The notes under the pieces were generated by a model, which saw only the letters and a list, made by a program, of their open reading frames with translations, searched no databases and was not told the DNA's origin. The position numbers and the translations under genes were made by a program. This document shows, one piece after another, positions 16,671 to 23,666 of a DNA stretch of 64,000 nucleotides; within the stretch, counting starts at the first letter, position 1; each line of letters begins with the position of its first letter. Location of the stretch: IMG/VR virus record IMGVR_UViG_3300031836_000002, positions 60,210-124,209 of that record; one strand, written 5' to 3'. This DNA is from a virus. Its lineage: Duplodnaviria; Caudoviricetes.

Positions 16671-16755
16671 TGCTCATCCCCGGACTTGAACCGGGACGAG
16701 GGTTACCCCTCACAGCCACCTCAAGGCTGCGTGTCTGCCATTTCACCAGACGAGC
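16671..16755 (-). tRNA. tRNA-Leu(GAG)
   Basis: Loop TTGAGGT; long variable arm. Confidence 0.92.
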
Positions 16756-16825
16756 TTATGCTGGGGTAGGTGGTCCATTCCTACCCCTGAGGTGGCATGC
16801 CCTTGGAGGAGCACTGCCACCTTTG

Positions 16826-16899
16826 TGTCTCTCCTCGGATTCGAACCGAGAACCTTTGGATCCTAAATCCAACGCCTCTACCAGTTGGGCTAGAAAGAC
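16826..16899 (-). tRNA. tRNA-Leu(TAG), short variable region
   Basis: Loop TTTAGGA; 5-nt variable region. Confidence 0.88.
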
Positions 16900-16921
16900 A
16901 TGTGGATTGATCGAGCTTCAG

Positions 16922-17029
16922 AAGGCCGGGAGGATTCGAACCTACACACCAGCGCGTTTCCCCTCGGGCTACCAAGGGTACTAAACGCCGCCTCTGCCAC
17001 TTCAGCTTTTTAATAGTGCGAACCAACCT
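16922..17029 (-). ncRNA. expanded tRNA-like RNA
   Basis: Acceptor AGGTTGG/CCGGCCT, GGTTCGAATCC T arm, D-like arm, elongated anticodon-position arm. Confidence 0.6.
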
Positions 17030-17071
17030 ACGTCCGCTCGATCAATCCCGATGAGTAGCTATCTCATCTTG

Positions 17072-17144
17072 TGCCCACCGAGAGGATCGAACTCTCAGCC
17101 TTCCCGGCTTCAACGGGACGCTCTTCCACATGAGCTTGGAGGGC
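17072..17144 (-). tRNA. tRNA-Phe(GAA)
   Basis: Cloverleaf; loop TTGAAGC. Confidence 0.9.
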
Positions 17145-17219
17145 ATATAGCACACCGACATGGAACGCCTCCTCTGACTCAGCGTATATACCGGTGTGCT
17201 AGAACGTCAAAGACGTTCG

Positions 17220-17302
17220 TGACAGGAGAGGGATTTGAACCCCCACAGTCGAAGACCACTGGGTTACAACCAGCTACCCTGCGCCAATAGGTGAGTCCTG
17301 CC
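17220..17302 (-). tRNA. tRNA-Tyr(GTA)
   Basis: Loop TTGTAAC; long variable arm. Confidence 0.88.
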
Positions 17303-17354
17303 TTGGTGCGGACACTTACGCGGCCCGCTTACGACCATATTTGGATGGCTTCCG

Positions 17355-17426
17355 TAGCGCGCACGGGATTCGAACCCGCACCGTAGAACCTGAAAAGCTC
17401 CAGAACTGCCGTTATTCTAACGCGCC
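17355..17426 (-). tRNA. tRNA-Glu(TTC)
   Basis: Cloverleaf; loop TTTTCAG. Confidence 0.88.
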
Positions 17427-17494
17427 ATAGGTAGAGACCGCCAATAACGCGGCTGGAAGGCCTGACACCCTTCTCACTCACCCTCTACCTGCCG

Positions 17495-17568
17495 TGACCT
17501 GCACGGGACTTGAACCCGTAACCTCCAGCTTGAGAAGCTGATGCAACTGCCAATTGTGCTAGCAGGCC
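17495..17568 (-). tRNA. tRNA-Glu(CTC)
   Basis: Cloverleaf; loop TTCTCAA. Confidence 0.9.
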
Positions 17569-17707
17569 ATATTGGAAGTTTCTGTGGTGCATCCTCGATG
17601 GGACCCTTGTGGGGGCTACCCCCTTCGCTGGTTTAGCGGCCAGCTACTCGGCACGTCCACTCCCTCAACTATTTTCTCCCATGCACTGGGACTGGATAGC
17701 TCCATAG

Positions 17708-17780
17708 CGGCCCTAGTCGGATTTGAACCGGCAACCTTCGCGCAGACAACGCACTGCTCTACCAATTGAGCTATAGGGTC
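17708..17780 (-). tRNA. tRNA-Asp(GTC)
   Basis: Loop TTGTCTG; G73. Confidence 0.85.
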
Positions 17781-17857
17781 AAAGCCAGTTTCTTCTTGCC
17801 ATGGAGTCTGGCATCCACGCCGTCCTTTTCTGATTGTGCCTCAGCGGTATCGGAAGT

Positions 17858-17934
17858 TGGGGTGAACAACGGGGATCGAACCCGCGACATCCGGCTCCAC
17901 AAGCCAGCGCTCTGCCTACTGAGCTATGCCCACC
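17858..17934 (-). tRNA. tRNA-His(GTG)
   Basis: G-1:C73, loop TTGTGGA, CCA encoded. Confidence 0.93.
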
Positions 17935-17983
17935 ATGTGACAGGACCACAAGGATCCTGTCTGTTCTCATTTCTGAAAACTTG

Positions 17984-18057
17984 TACGGATAGCAGGATTC
18001 GAACCTGCGATCTCTTGGTCCCAAACCAAGCGCCTTACCAAGCTGGGCTATACCCGT
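17984..18057 (-). tRNA. tRNA-Pro(TGG)
   Basis: Cloverleaf; loop TTTGGGA. Confidence 0.92.
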
Positions 18058-18096
18058 ATGTTGTTGCATTCACTGTGTAATTATCAAGGTGCAATG

Positions 18097-18127
18097 AAAA
18101 AACCTCCTTGCCCGGTGGCTAGGAGGT
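18097..18127 (-). terminator. attenuator terminator 1
   Basis: ACCTCCT-A-GCC-ACCG-GGC-A-AGGAGGT plus TTTTT. Confidence 0.88.
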
Positions 18128-18153
18128 CTGCTGCGTTTGAGCGCGTGCTACCT

Positions 18154-18198
18154 CTAGCCGAAGTAATCTTCCGGCAGGAGGTGTGAGAACGTGTTCAT
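18154..18198 (-). CDS. leader peptide 1 MNTFSHLLPEDYFG (leaderless uORF)
   Basis: ATG 7 nt after TAAGGT; codons match downstream tRNAs; stop region is complementary to the terminator stem. Confidence 0.85.
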   Translation of the reverse strand: MNTFSHLLPEDYFG

Positions 18199-18205
18199 GT
18201 AACAG

Positions 18206-18235
18206 ACCTTAGTTGCGTGAGCTGACGGTTGTCAA
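18206..18235 (-). promoter_or_regulatory. sigmaA-type promoter of tRNA block 1
   Basis: TTGACA-N18-TAAGGT. Confidence 0.8.
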
Positions 18236-18253
18236 CTCCATTTTCAGGTTTCG

Positions 18254-18327
18254 TTGCGGAGGTGGGATTTGAACCCACGACCTCTAGGATATGAGCCTAG
18301 CGAGCTGCCTAACTGCTCTACTCCGCG
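18254..18327 (-). tRNA. tRNA-fMet-like (CAT)
   Basis: C1:A72 mismatch; loop CTCATAT; only two terminal G-C pairs in the anticodon stem. Confidence 0.85.
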
Positions 18328-18362
18328 TCGTACTATAAGGATTGCATGTGCAATCTAATTTG

Positions 18363-18833
18363 TCAAGAGTTGATGAGTTCGAGGTAGTCGAACTTGGTTC
18401 CTAGGCAATCGTGGATCGTGACACCTAGGCCCTGAAGCTCGACTACGTTTCCGTTGTAGACGAATGCGTATTCCGGGATGGCTCCGACACCAAGGACGAA
18501 GCGGTTTCCCTCCTCAGTGAGCTTCCAGAAGCCTGCACGGCCTCCGTCTGGTCTCACGCTGTAGTTCTCTTCTTCGATCAGTCCCCACCAGCTGGCTTGG
18601 GAGATCTCGTGAGTGTCTCCGGGAAGCGAGGGGGTGTGCTGATAGTCCTCAGACCCTCCTGCGTGATGCAGCTGGATCAAGGCCTTGGCAATGGTGGCAT
18701 GTAGCTTGCGCCGGTACACCTTGGCGTTCTGTCCACAGCAAGGGCACTTGGCTCCTTCTGACACGTTAGTGAGGAGCCACTCCTTCGCCATCAAGAGGGT
18801 GGTATGTGCCCCCGTAACCATTCTTTTCAGCAT
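18363..18833 (-). CDS. hypothetical protein (CxxC, winged-helix-like)
   Basis: CPCCGQ and WGLIE...W.LTEEG motifs. Confidence 0.65.
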   Translation of the reverse strand: MLKRMVTGAHTTLLMAKEWLLTNVSEGAKCPCCGQNAKVYRRKLHATIAKALIQLHHAGGSEDYQHTPSLPGDTHEISQASWWGLIEEENYSVRPDGGRAGFWKLTEEGNRFVLGVGAIPEYAFVYNGNVVELQGLGVTIHDCLGTKFDYLELINS

Positions 18834-18864
18834 GCTGTTCCTTTTCGTTGACCTAACAAAATCG

Positions 18865-18984
18865 TACTGAAGACGGGATTCGAACCCGCATGCTACGTGT
18901 CGCGTTCACGTGCTTGCCTCTACACCTTGACCTCCGCCTCTAAAAGGCGTAGCCACACACTGCCAGCTTTTAAGTCACTCCAGT
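18865..18984 (-). ncRNA. expanded tRNA-like RNA
   Basis: Acceptor ACTGGAG/CTTCAGT, canonical T arm, ~88-nt structured core. Confidence 0.6.
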
Positions 18985-19073
18985 GGGGTGTTCTTCAGTT
19001 CCGGCCCATGTTTCAGCTTGCGCCCTTCCAGATCAACGGGGGACAGCTTCGGCAATGAGCTAATGCCTATGCG

Positions 19074-19147
19074 CGGGATGTGGTGGATTCGAACCACCGG
19101 CTTCGGTTTTGGAGACCAACGTGTTAGGCCACTAACACTAACTTCCC
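19074..19147 (-). tRNA. tRNA-Trp(CCA)
   Basis: Cloverleaf; loop CTCCAAA. Confidence 0.9.
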
Positions 19148-19148
19148 T

Positions 19149-19326
19149 TGGCGGCAGGACTCTCATTGAAGAGCTTCTCCTCTAGACTTCTTGCTCCATT
19201 TCCTAGGTTGGGAGCTGCCCATTTTCGAGGTTGGGGCTTCCGGGTGGATCCACATCTGGTCTAAGTTCTCGGTTCCGCGGAGGTCCGAAATTCTTCTACT
19301 GATCGTGGCCCGGTCAACACCTGCCG
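19149..19326 (-). ncRNA. CCA-ended structured RNA with twin hairpins
   Basis: Closing stem CGGCAGG/CCTGCCG-CCA; T-like hairpin; two hairpins with near-identical loops. Confidence 0.55.
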
Positions 19327-19401
19327 TAGCCCTCCTCGGATTCGAACCGAGACGTTACTGGTTTTTGAGACCAGCTCCTCTACCGATTGGGATAGAGAGC
19401 C
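19327..19401 (-). tRNA. tRNA-Leu(CAA), short variable region
   Basis: Loop CTCAAAA; 6-nt variable region. Confidence 0.88.
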
Positions 19402-19492
19402 AAGCGGAACCTGCCACTTCTGGGGGGAGAGCTTTAGGTTCCTAGCTGCTTCTCCGAGACTGAGGAGACTGTACGAGAAGCAGTTATCTATA

Positions 19493-19771
19493 TTACGATG
19501 ATGAACCATCGTTTGAAAAGGGTGTGGCAGAAACTTCTTCAAGTCCCGCCTCTTTGATGAACAGATCCAAAGTGCCCATGACTCCAGAGGTGGCCTGAGC
19601 ATCCTTACCTGCCTGCCTTAGGCGCTTCGCAATGATGGGTAGGGCAAACGTCACGGCCTCTTCAGCCTGAGCTGCCCACACCTCCCTGAGGAGTTCAAGG
19701 TCGATATGAAATTCTATCTTTGAGGCATTATCCTCTGAGAACCTCACAGCAATTTCTTGCGCTAATGTCAT
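19493..19771 (-). CDS. hypothetical protein
   Basis: AAGGA RBS; ATGA coupling. Confidence 0.6.
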   Translation of the reverse strand: MTLAQEIAVRFSEDNASKIEFHIDLELLREVWAAQAEEAVTFALPIIAKRLRQAGKDAQATSGVMGTLDLFIKEAGLEEVSATPFSNDGSSS

Positions 19772-19926
19772 TGGTTCCTTCTCTCGATCACGGCAGACCA
19801 GATCCAGAAACCAGAACCAGCTGCCATGAGGATAAACACGATGGGATACGCTGCGGACTCGATGAAGCAGGAAGCTAGCAAGTACAGAGCGCCTGCCCAA
19901 ATCAGCAACCGGTGCTCCCGCCTCAC
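19768..19926 (-). CDS. small membrane protein (52 aa)
   Basis: GTGA-coupled ORF with two hydrophobic helices. Confidence 0.55.
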   Translation of the reverse strand: MRREHRLLIWAGALYLLASCFIESAAYPIVFILMAAGSGFWIWSAVIERRNQ

Positions 19927-20057
19927 TGTACTTCCTCCACATCCGCGAACAACGAGTGGACCTGAACAGTCAGTGCGGTTCCGTTTGCCGTGTGTCCTAC
20001 TACTCGGGTTACGGTAGGCAAGCTGTTTACAAACCGATTGAAATCTCTGTTGTCCAT
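19923..20057 (-). CDS. small hypothetical protein (44 aa)
   Basis: GAGGAGG RBS behind a promoter repeat. Confidence 0.55.
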   Translation of the reverse strand: MDNRDFNRFVNSLPTVTRVVGHTANGTALTVQVHSLFADVEEVQ

Positions 20058-20072
20058 GGGGACCTCCTCTGT

Positions 20073-20113
20073 TGACCTATCTTCAGTCTAAGGCATGTGG
20101 ATTGCAATTGCAA
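20073..20113 (-). promoter_or_regulatory. early promoter repeat
   Basis: TTGCAA-N17-TAGACT. Confidence 0.8.
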
Positions 20114-20205
20114 GCTTATGGTGACGAAGGTAAGACATACGCAATCCGCGCCCAACCATCCAGCGCGCTCTCCTTCGTTCTTACGTCGATGTCCACACCA
20201 CAGGC

Positions 20206-20448
20206 TCAAGATTCGAGGCACATCTTCAGGATCTGCTCGTTCTCCTCGTGATTGTGGTCACAGGAGTTGTGGTGGAAGACCTTGCCGCAGACGAAACACT
20301 TGCCGTCTGGATCCCACTTTCCTCCGGCCTTTCGGACTCGGCTGACGATCTGGTCCATGTGGGAGCGTGAAATCTTCTTTCGCATAGCCTCTACCATCGA
20401 CTCAAGCCTCCAGCTCGTCAGTTCCGACCGTCTCCGATTCCACTGCAT
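20206..20448 (-). CDS. hypothetical zinc-binding protein
   Basis: CFVC..H..C.H; start uncertain. Confidence 0.5.
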   Translation of the reverse strand: MQWNRRRSELTSWRLESMVEAMRKKISRSHMDQIVSRVRKAGGKWDPDGKCFVCGKVFHHNSCDHNHEENEQILKMCLES

Positions 20449-20734
20449 CGAAGGTTTCTACTTCCGTCTCGGTCTCGTAGATGGGGACCATGTTATCCTC
20501 GGCCAGCTTGATGTTGGCTTCGATGATGGCCTGATTGAAGATGTCTGGGTCGATGGTGATTCCCACCTTGACCATCACTCGGCCTGTCTTGCCTACCGCT
20601 GAGGTGGGTCCACTCTTGGTCATCTTTTCAATGCTGAAGTCGTGCGCCTTCTTGGTATCGCTGCCCCGTGGCTTGCGGATGTCGGTGGGCAGTAAGTGCA
20701 ACCACACGTGGTGTGTCTTGGGCGTTTGTGCCAT
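20402..20734 (-). CDS. hypothetical protein
   Basis: AAGGA RBS before ATG 20734. Confidence 0.6.
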   Translation of the reverse strand: MAQTPKTHHVWLHLLPTDIRKPRGSDTKKAHDFSIEKMTKSGPTSAVGKTGRVMVKVGITIDPDIFNQAIIEANIKLAEDNMVPIYETETEVETFDAVESETVGTDELEA

Positions 20735-20802
20735 GAAATTCCTTTCCACTGTGTTGTACGCCCCCAGTGGCCAAAGAACAACTCGCTGGGGGCGTACATC
20801 TT

Positions 20803-21543
20803 CTAGTGGGTCTTGTTTTTCGAATTCTTCTTGTTGTGTCGGCTGGCGTGACGCTCATCCTTGCGGGCTTGCCGCATGTATGGCTTGATCAGCTCGTACT
20901 CCCAGTCCTTGAGGTAGTCCCTCCACTCGGATGTGGGGATGTTGTCCAGCTCCATCTCATTCAAGATAGAGAGGGCTTGGGAGGTGCTGCTCGGCTCGTA
21001 TGAACCAATGCCATCTTCGAATGAGTCATCATCGAACAGGTCAGCATCTCGGCTTCCGAAGCTAGCTCCCAAGGGACCTGCACTCCAGTGGTTCGAGTAC
21101 CCATTGGGATTCGACTTGCTGAATTTTCCGTAGGATCCTCCGGGGGATCCAATCCGACAGACGCTGCCCCAGATAGAGTTGAGCACGTTGTGGTACAGCG
21201 AGGTGTCATCCTTGGTGCCATACATCAGTTGTCCGTCGTCTCCGAGACGCTCGGCCTCAGGCTTGAACTTCTTGTAGTCGATGTCCAAGATAACGCCACG
21301 GATGCCATCAGCATATGCCTCACGAGTGGTGTAGAAGCGAGCGTTGTAGTCCATCGAAGGAGTCAGCTCGATCTCGTCATGAAATGATCCCGGCTCCATG
21401 TAGTTGTCCATGAAGTATTGAAGATGGGACGCCGCACGGCCTCGAACCTGAAGGTCATATTTACCTTCGGTGAGTTTCTCGTCTGCTTTGTCCATGGGTA
21501 CTGCTGCGGGCATTAGTAGCCCGAATGGTGTGAAATCCCACAT
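20803..21543 (-). CDS. hypothetical protein
   Basis: 246 aa ORF, GGAGG RBS, own promoter. Confidence 0.7.
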   Translation of the reverse strand: MWDFTPFGLLMPAAVPMDKADEKLTEGKYDLQVRGRAASHLQYFMDNYMEPGSFHDEIELTPSMDYNARFYTTREAYADGIRGVILDIDYKKFKPEAERLGDDGQLMYGTKDDTSLYHNVLNSIWGSVCRIGSPGGSYGKFSKSNPNGYSNHWSAGPLGASFGSRDADLFDDDSFEDGIGSYEPSSTSQALSILNEMELDNIPTSEWRDYLKDWEYELIKPYMRQARKDERHASRHNKKNSKNKTH

Positions 21544-21568
21544 AGTTGCCTCCTGTGTTAGTGCTATT

Positions 21569-21609
21569 TGACCTGTCTACATCCTAACACAGGAGGATTG
21601 CAATTGCAA
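21569..21609 (-). promoter_or_regulatory. early promoter repeat
   Basis: TTGCAA-N17-TAGGAT. Confidence 0.75.
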
Positions 21610-21756
21610 TCTATGCCTAGTACCGTAGCTTCTTCGATAGTTCTTCTGATGATACGAAGGTCAGCTCAATCCGGTCCTGCGTACCTGACCATGTGATGAG
21701 CTGCCCGCGGAATACTTTCCATGCCAGCCACAGCCGTGTCGAGAAGGTGAGTCGCA

Positions 21757-22380
21757 TTAGATCACCTTCCGGAACCACTCGCGGTAACGCTGAGCTTCAT
21801 CAAGGTGAGCCTTCACGTCGTCCATGGCGCGGTGAACCTTCACGCCATCCTCGTAGCTGGCCTTGACTGGTCGGATGATCTCGTGGCCACCGGTGAAGAT
21901 CTTCGACATGCGGCGCTCGATGCCGATGTCAAACGGATAGTACGCGAGCCACTTGGACATCTCAGGCATCTTGGCCTTGATGAGTGGGTGGTCGAATGCG
22001 GCCACACCGGATCCCGCGATCATGAACTCTCCGGGAGAGAAGCTGGTGGTCTCTTGAAAAAGCTTCACGATCTCGGCCTCGGCCATAGCGAGCGTGTTCT
22101 CCACAGGAGCCGAAATAGAGGCCTTGAGGAGTCCGTTGACTGTGTGCATCTTCTTCACGTAGTCGTTGGCCCTGATGGCGTCTGCGCCTGCTGAGGTGAG
22201 CTTGATGACTTCCTCGTACCCACTGATGGGCTGAAGGTCGAAGTCAGTGACAATGACCGCGATCTCCAGCACGTGCAAGTCGCTGAAGTCGATCACCTCG
22301 CGGTCGGAATCCTCGTCTGGGAGTCCAGTGGTCTCGATGTCCGTCCACACAAGGAGCTGGGGGTACTTCTGTCCTGCCAT
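21757..22380 (-). CDS. orn: oligoribonuclease (DEDDh)
   Basis: LVWTDIETTGL, LEIAVIVTD, MHTVNGL, HRAMDDV. Confidence 0.85.
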   Translation of the reverse strand: MAGQKYPQLLVWTDIETTGLPDEDSDREVIDFSDLHVLEIAVIVTDFDLQPISGYEEVIKLTSAGADAIRANDYVKKMHTVNGLLKASISAPVENTLAMAEAEIVKLFQETTSFSPGEFMIAGSGVAAFDHPLIKAKMPEMSKWLAYYPFDIGIERRMSKIFTGGHEIIRPVKASYEDGVKVHRAMDDVKAHLDEAQRYREWFRKVI

Positions 22381-22438
22381 GATGACCTAAATTCTTGTTT
22401 GGGTCCCTCCCGCAGAAGATCCACGGGAGGGATAGGAG

Positions 22439-23596
22439 CTAGATGGAAACGATCTCATATGGGTTCTGAGATGCGGGCTGTGCTGAGTTGCCTTCGCGCC
22501 ACACCTTGGCCTTGAGGGTGTCGAATACTGCCGATGGGATGTCTCCACCGATACGCATGAGCTTATCTGCTCGGCGTGGGTCCATGCCTTCGAGGTTGGC
22601 GGACCGGGTGATGGCCTGCATGATCGTGTACATGGTGAGAGTGTCTGCATCCATCATCTCGGCGCGGATTGTCTCGCGCTGAGATACTGGTACCTCGTAC
22701 TGGGAATAGATGTCCTTGAGAACGTCAGCGGTATTGCCTCTGACATCGAGAGCGGTCAGTGCCTGCACCTGATCGAAACGGTGCTCCAGACCGCCTAGGA
22801 CGGACTCTACGGAGTCTCGTGCCCAAGCGTAGACATCTTCCTCCTGACCGTCCACACGACGGCTCCAGACGCCAGCCTCATCCATCGTGGTAGTGCAGCC
22901 GTTAGTGCACCACCAGCGGAACAGGTAAGCCTCAACTGCTGTCTGCTTCTTCCCAATGAGGCTGTTGGTGAGGTGGATCCCTGCTGACCAGAGATCTGTA
23001 GCGTTTTCGGGAACGTCTGACATTCCGGAGTTGGCAATGATGCGATCCTGCTCCGGAACGATGAGGCGGATGTCCGTCTGCTGGAGCGTGTTCATGAACT
23101 TGTAGTCAGCAAGAATTTCAGCGTTGGCTCCGTAGCGGGCGCAGATGCCTTCCACTGCATTGTCCAAGAGCTGGAGGTTCGAGAACGGCACGACGTTGGG
23201 TCGAGTGAAGGCGGCAATGTTTTCTCCAACCGAGAGGACCTTGTACTCGTCACCGTCTAGACCTGCACCATAGTGATAGTTCAGGTGGTTCTCGATGAGT
23301 GCGCCGGGGGTCTTCTTGACGTATGCCGCGGACATCCCCACTTGAGTGGCTGCCTGAATGGCTGCGTCCTTTGTCATCCGGTGATCGGTGCCGTCGATAC
23401 GCATGACAGCTCCAACCGCCTCGGTGCCCTCCGTAGTGTCCAGAGAAGTCTCCCATCCCGGATCAAGCTTGAAGGTGATCTTGCGGTCTCCGTTGACCAT
23501 ATCCGTTGACAGAGGCTCAGTGGCCTGAAGTCGCTGGTGGACCTGATCGAGTGTGAGAAGGGAGTCCCTCATTTGAGCTACTACGGGTGCACTCAT
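22439..23596 (-). CDS. DUF932-like protein
   Basis: GIHLTNS..G...V...LFR..CTNG pattern. Confidence 0.65.
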   Translation of the reverse strand: MSAPVVAQMRDSLLTLDQVHQRLQATEPLSTDMVNGDRKITFKLDPGWETSLDTTEGTEAVGAVMRIDGTDHRMTKDAAIQAATQVGMSAAYVKKTPGALIENHLNYHYGAGLDGDEYKVLSVGENIAAFTRPNVVPFSNLQLLDNAVEGICARYGANAEILADYKFMNTLQQTDIRLIVPEQDRIIANSGMSDVPENATDLWSAGIHLTNSLIGKKQTAVEAYLFRWWCTNGCTTTMDEAGVWSRRVDGQEEDVYAWARDSVESVLGGLEHRFDQVQALTALDVRGNTADVLKDIYSQYEVPVSQRETIRAEMMDADTLTMYTIMQAITRSANLEGMDPRRADKLMRIGGDIPSAVFDTLKAKVWREGNSAQPASQNPYEIVSI

Positions 23597-23666
23597 TGCA
23601 TCCTCTTTCTGTCGTTGACTGGGTTCTGTATCTTATACGCCGCTGAGTTTCAAAAAACAAGCGTGC

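Noticed and set aside
19402-19492. third attenuator for the Leu(CAA)/Trp tRNAs
   Set aside because: Two hairpins are present, but no uORF, promoter or U tract was found
12065-19602. ORF-track entries overlapping tRNAs, and plus-strand ORFs genome-wide
   Set aside because: Shadow frames of RNA genes or of minus-strand CDS, with no RBS or protein motifs
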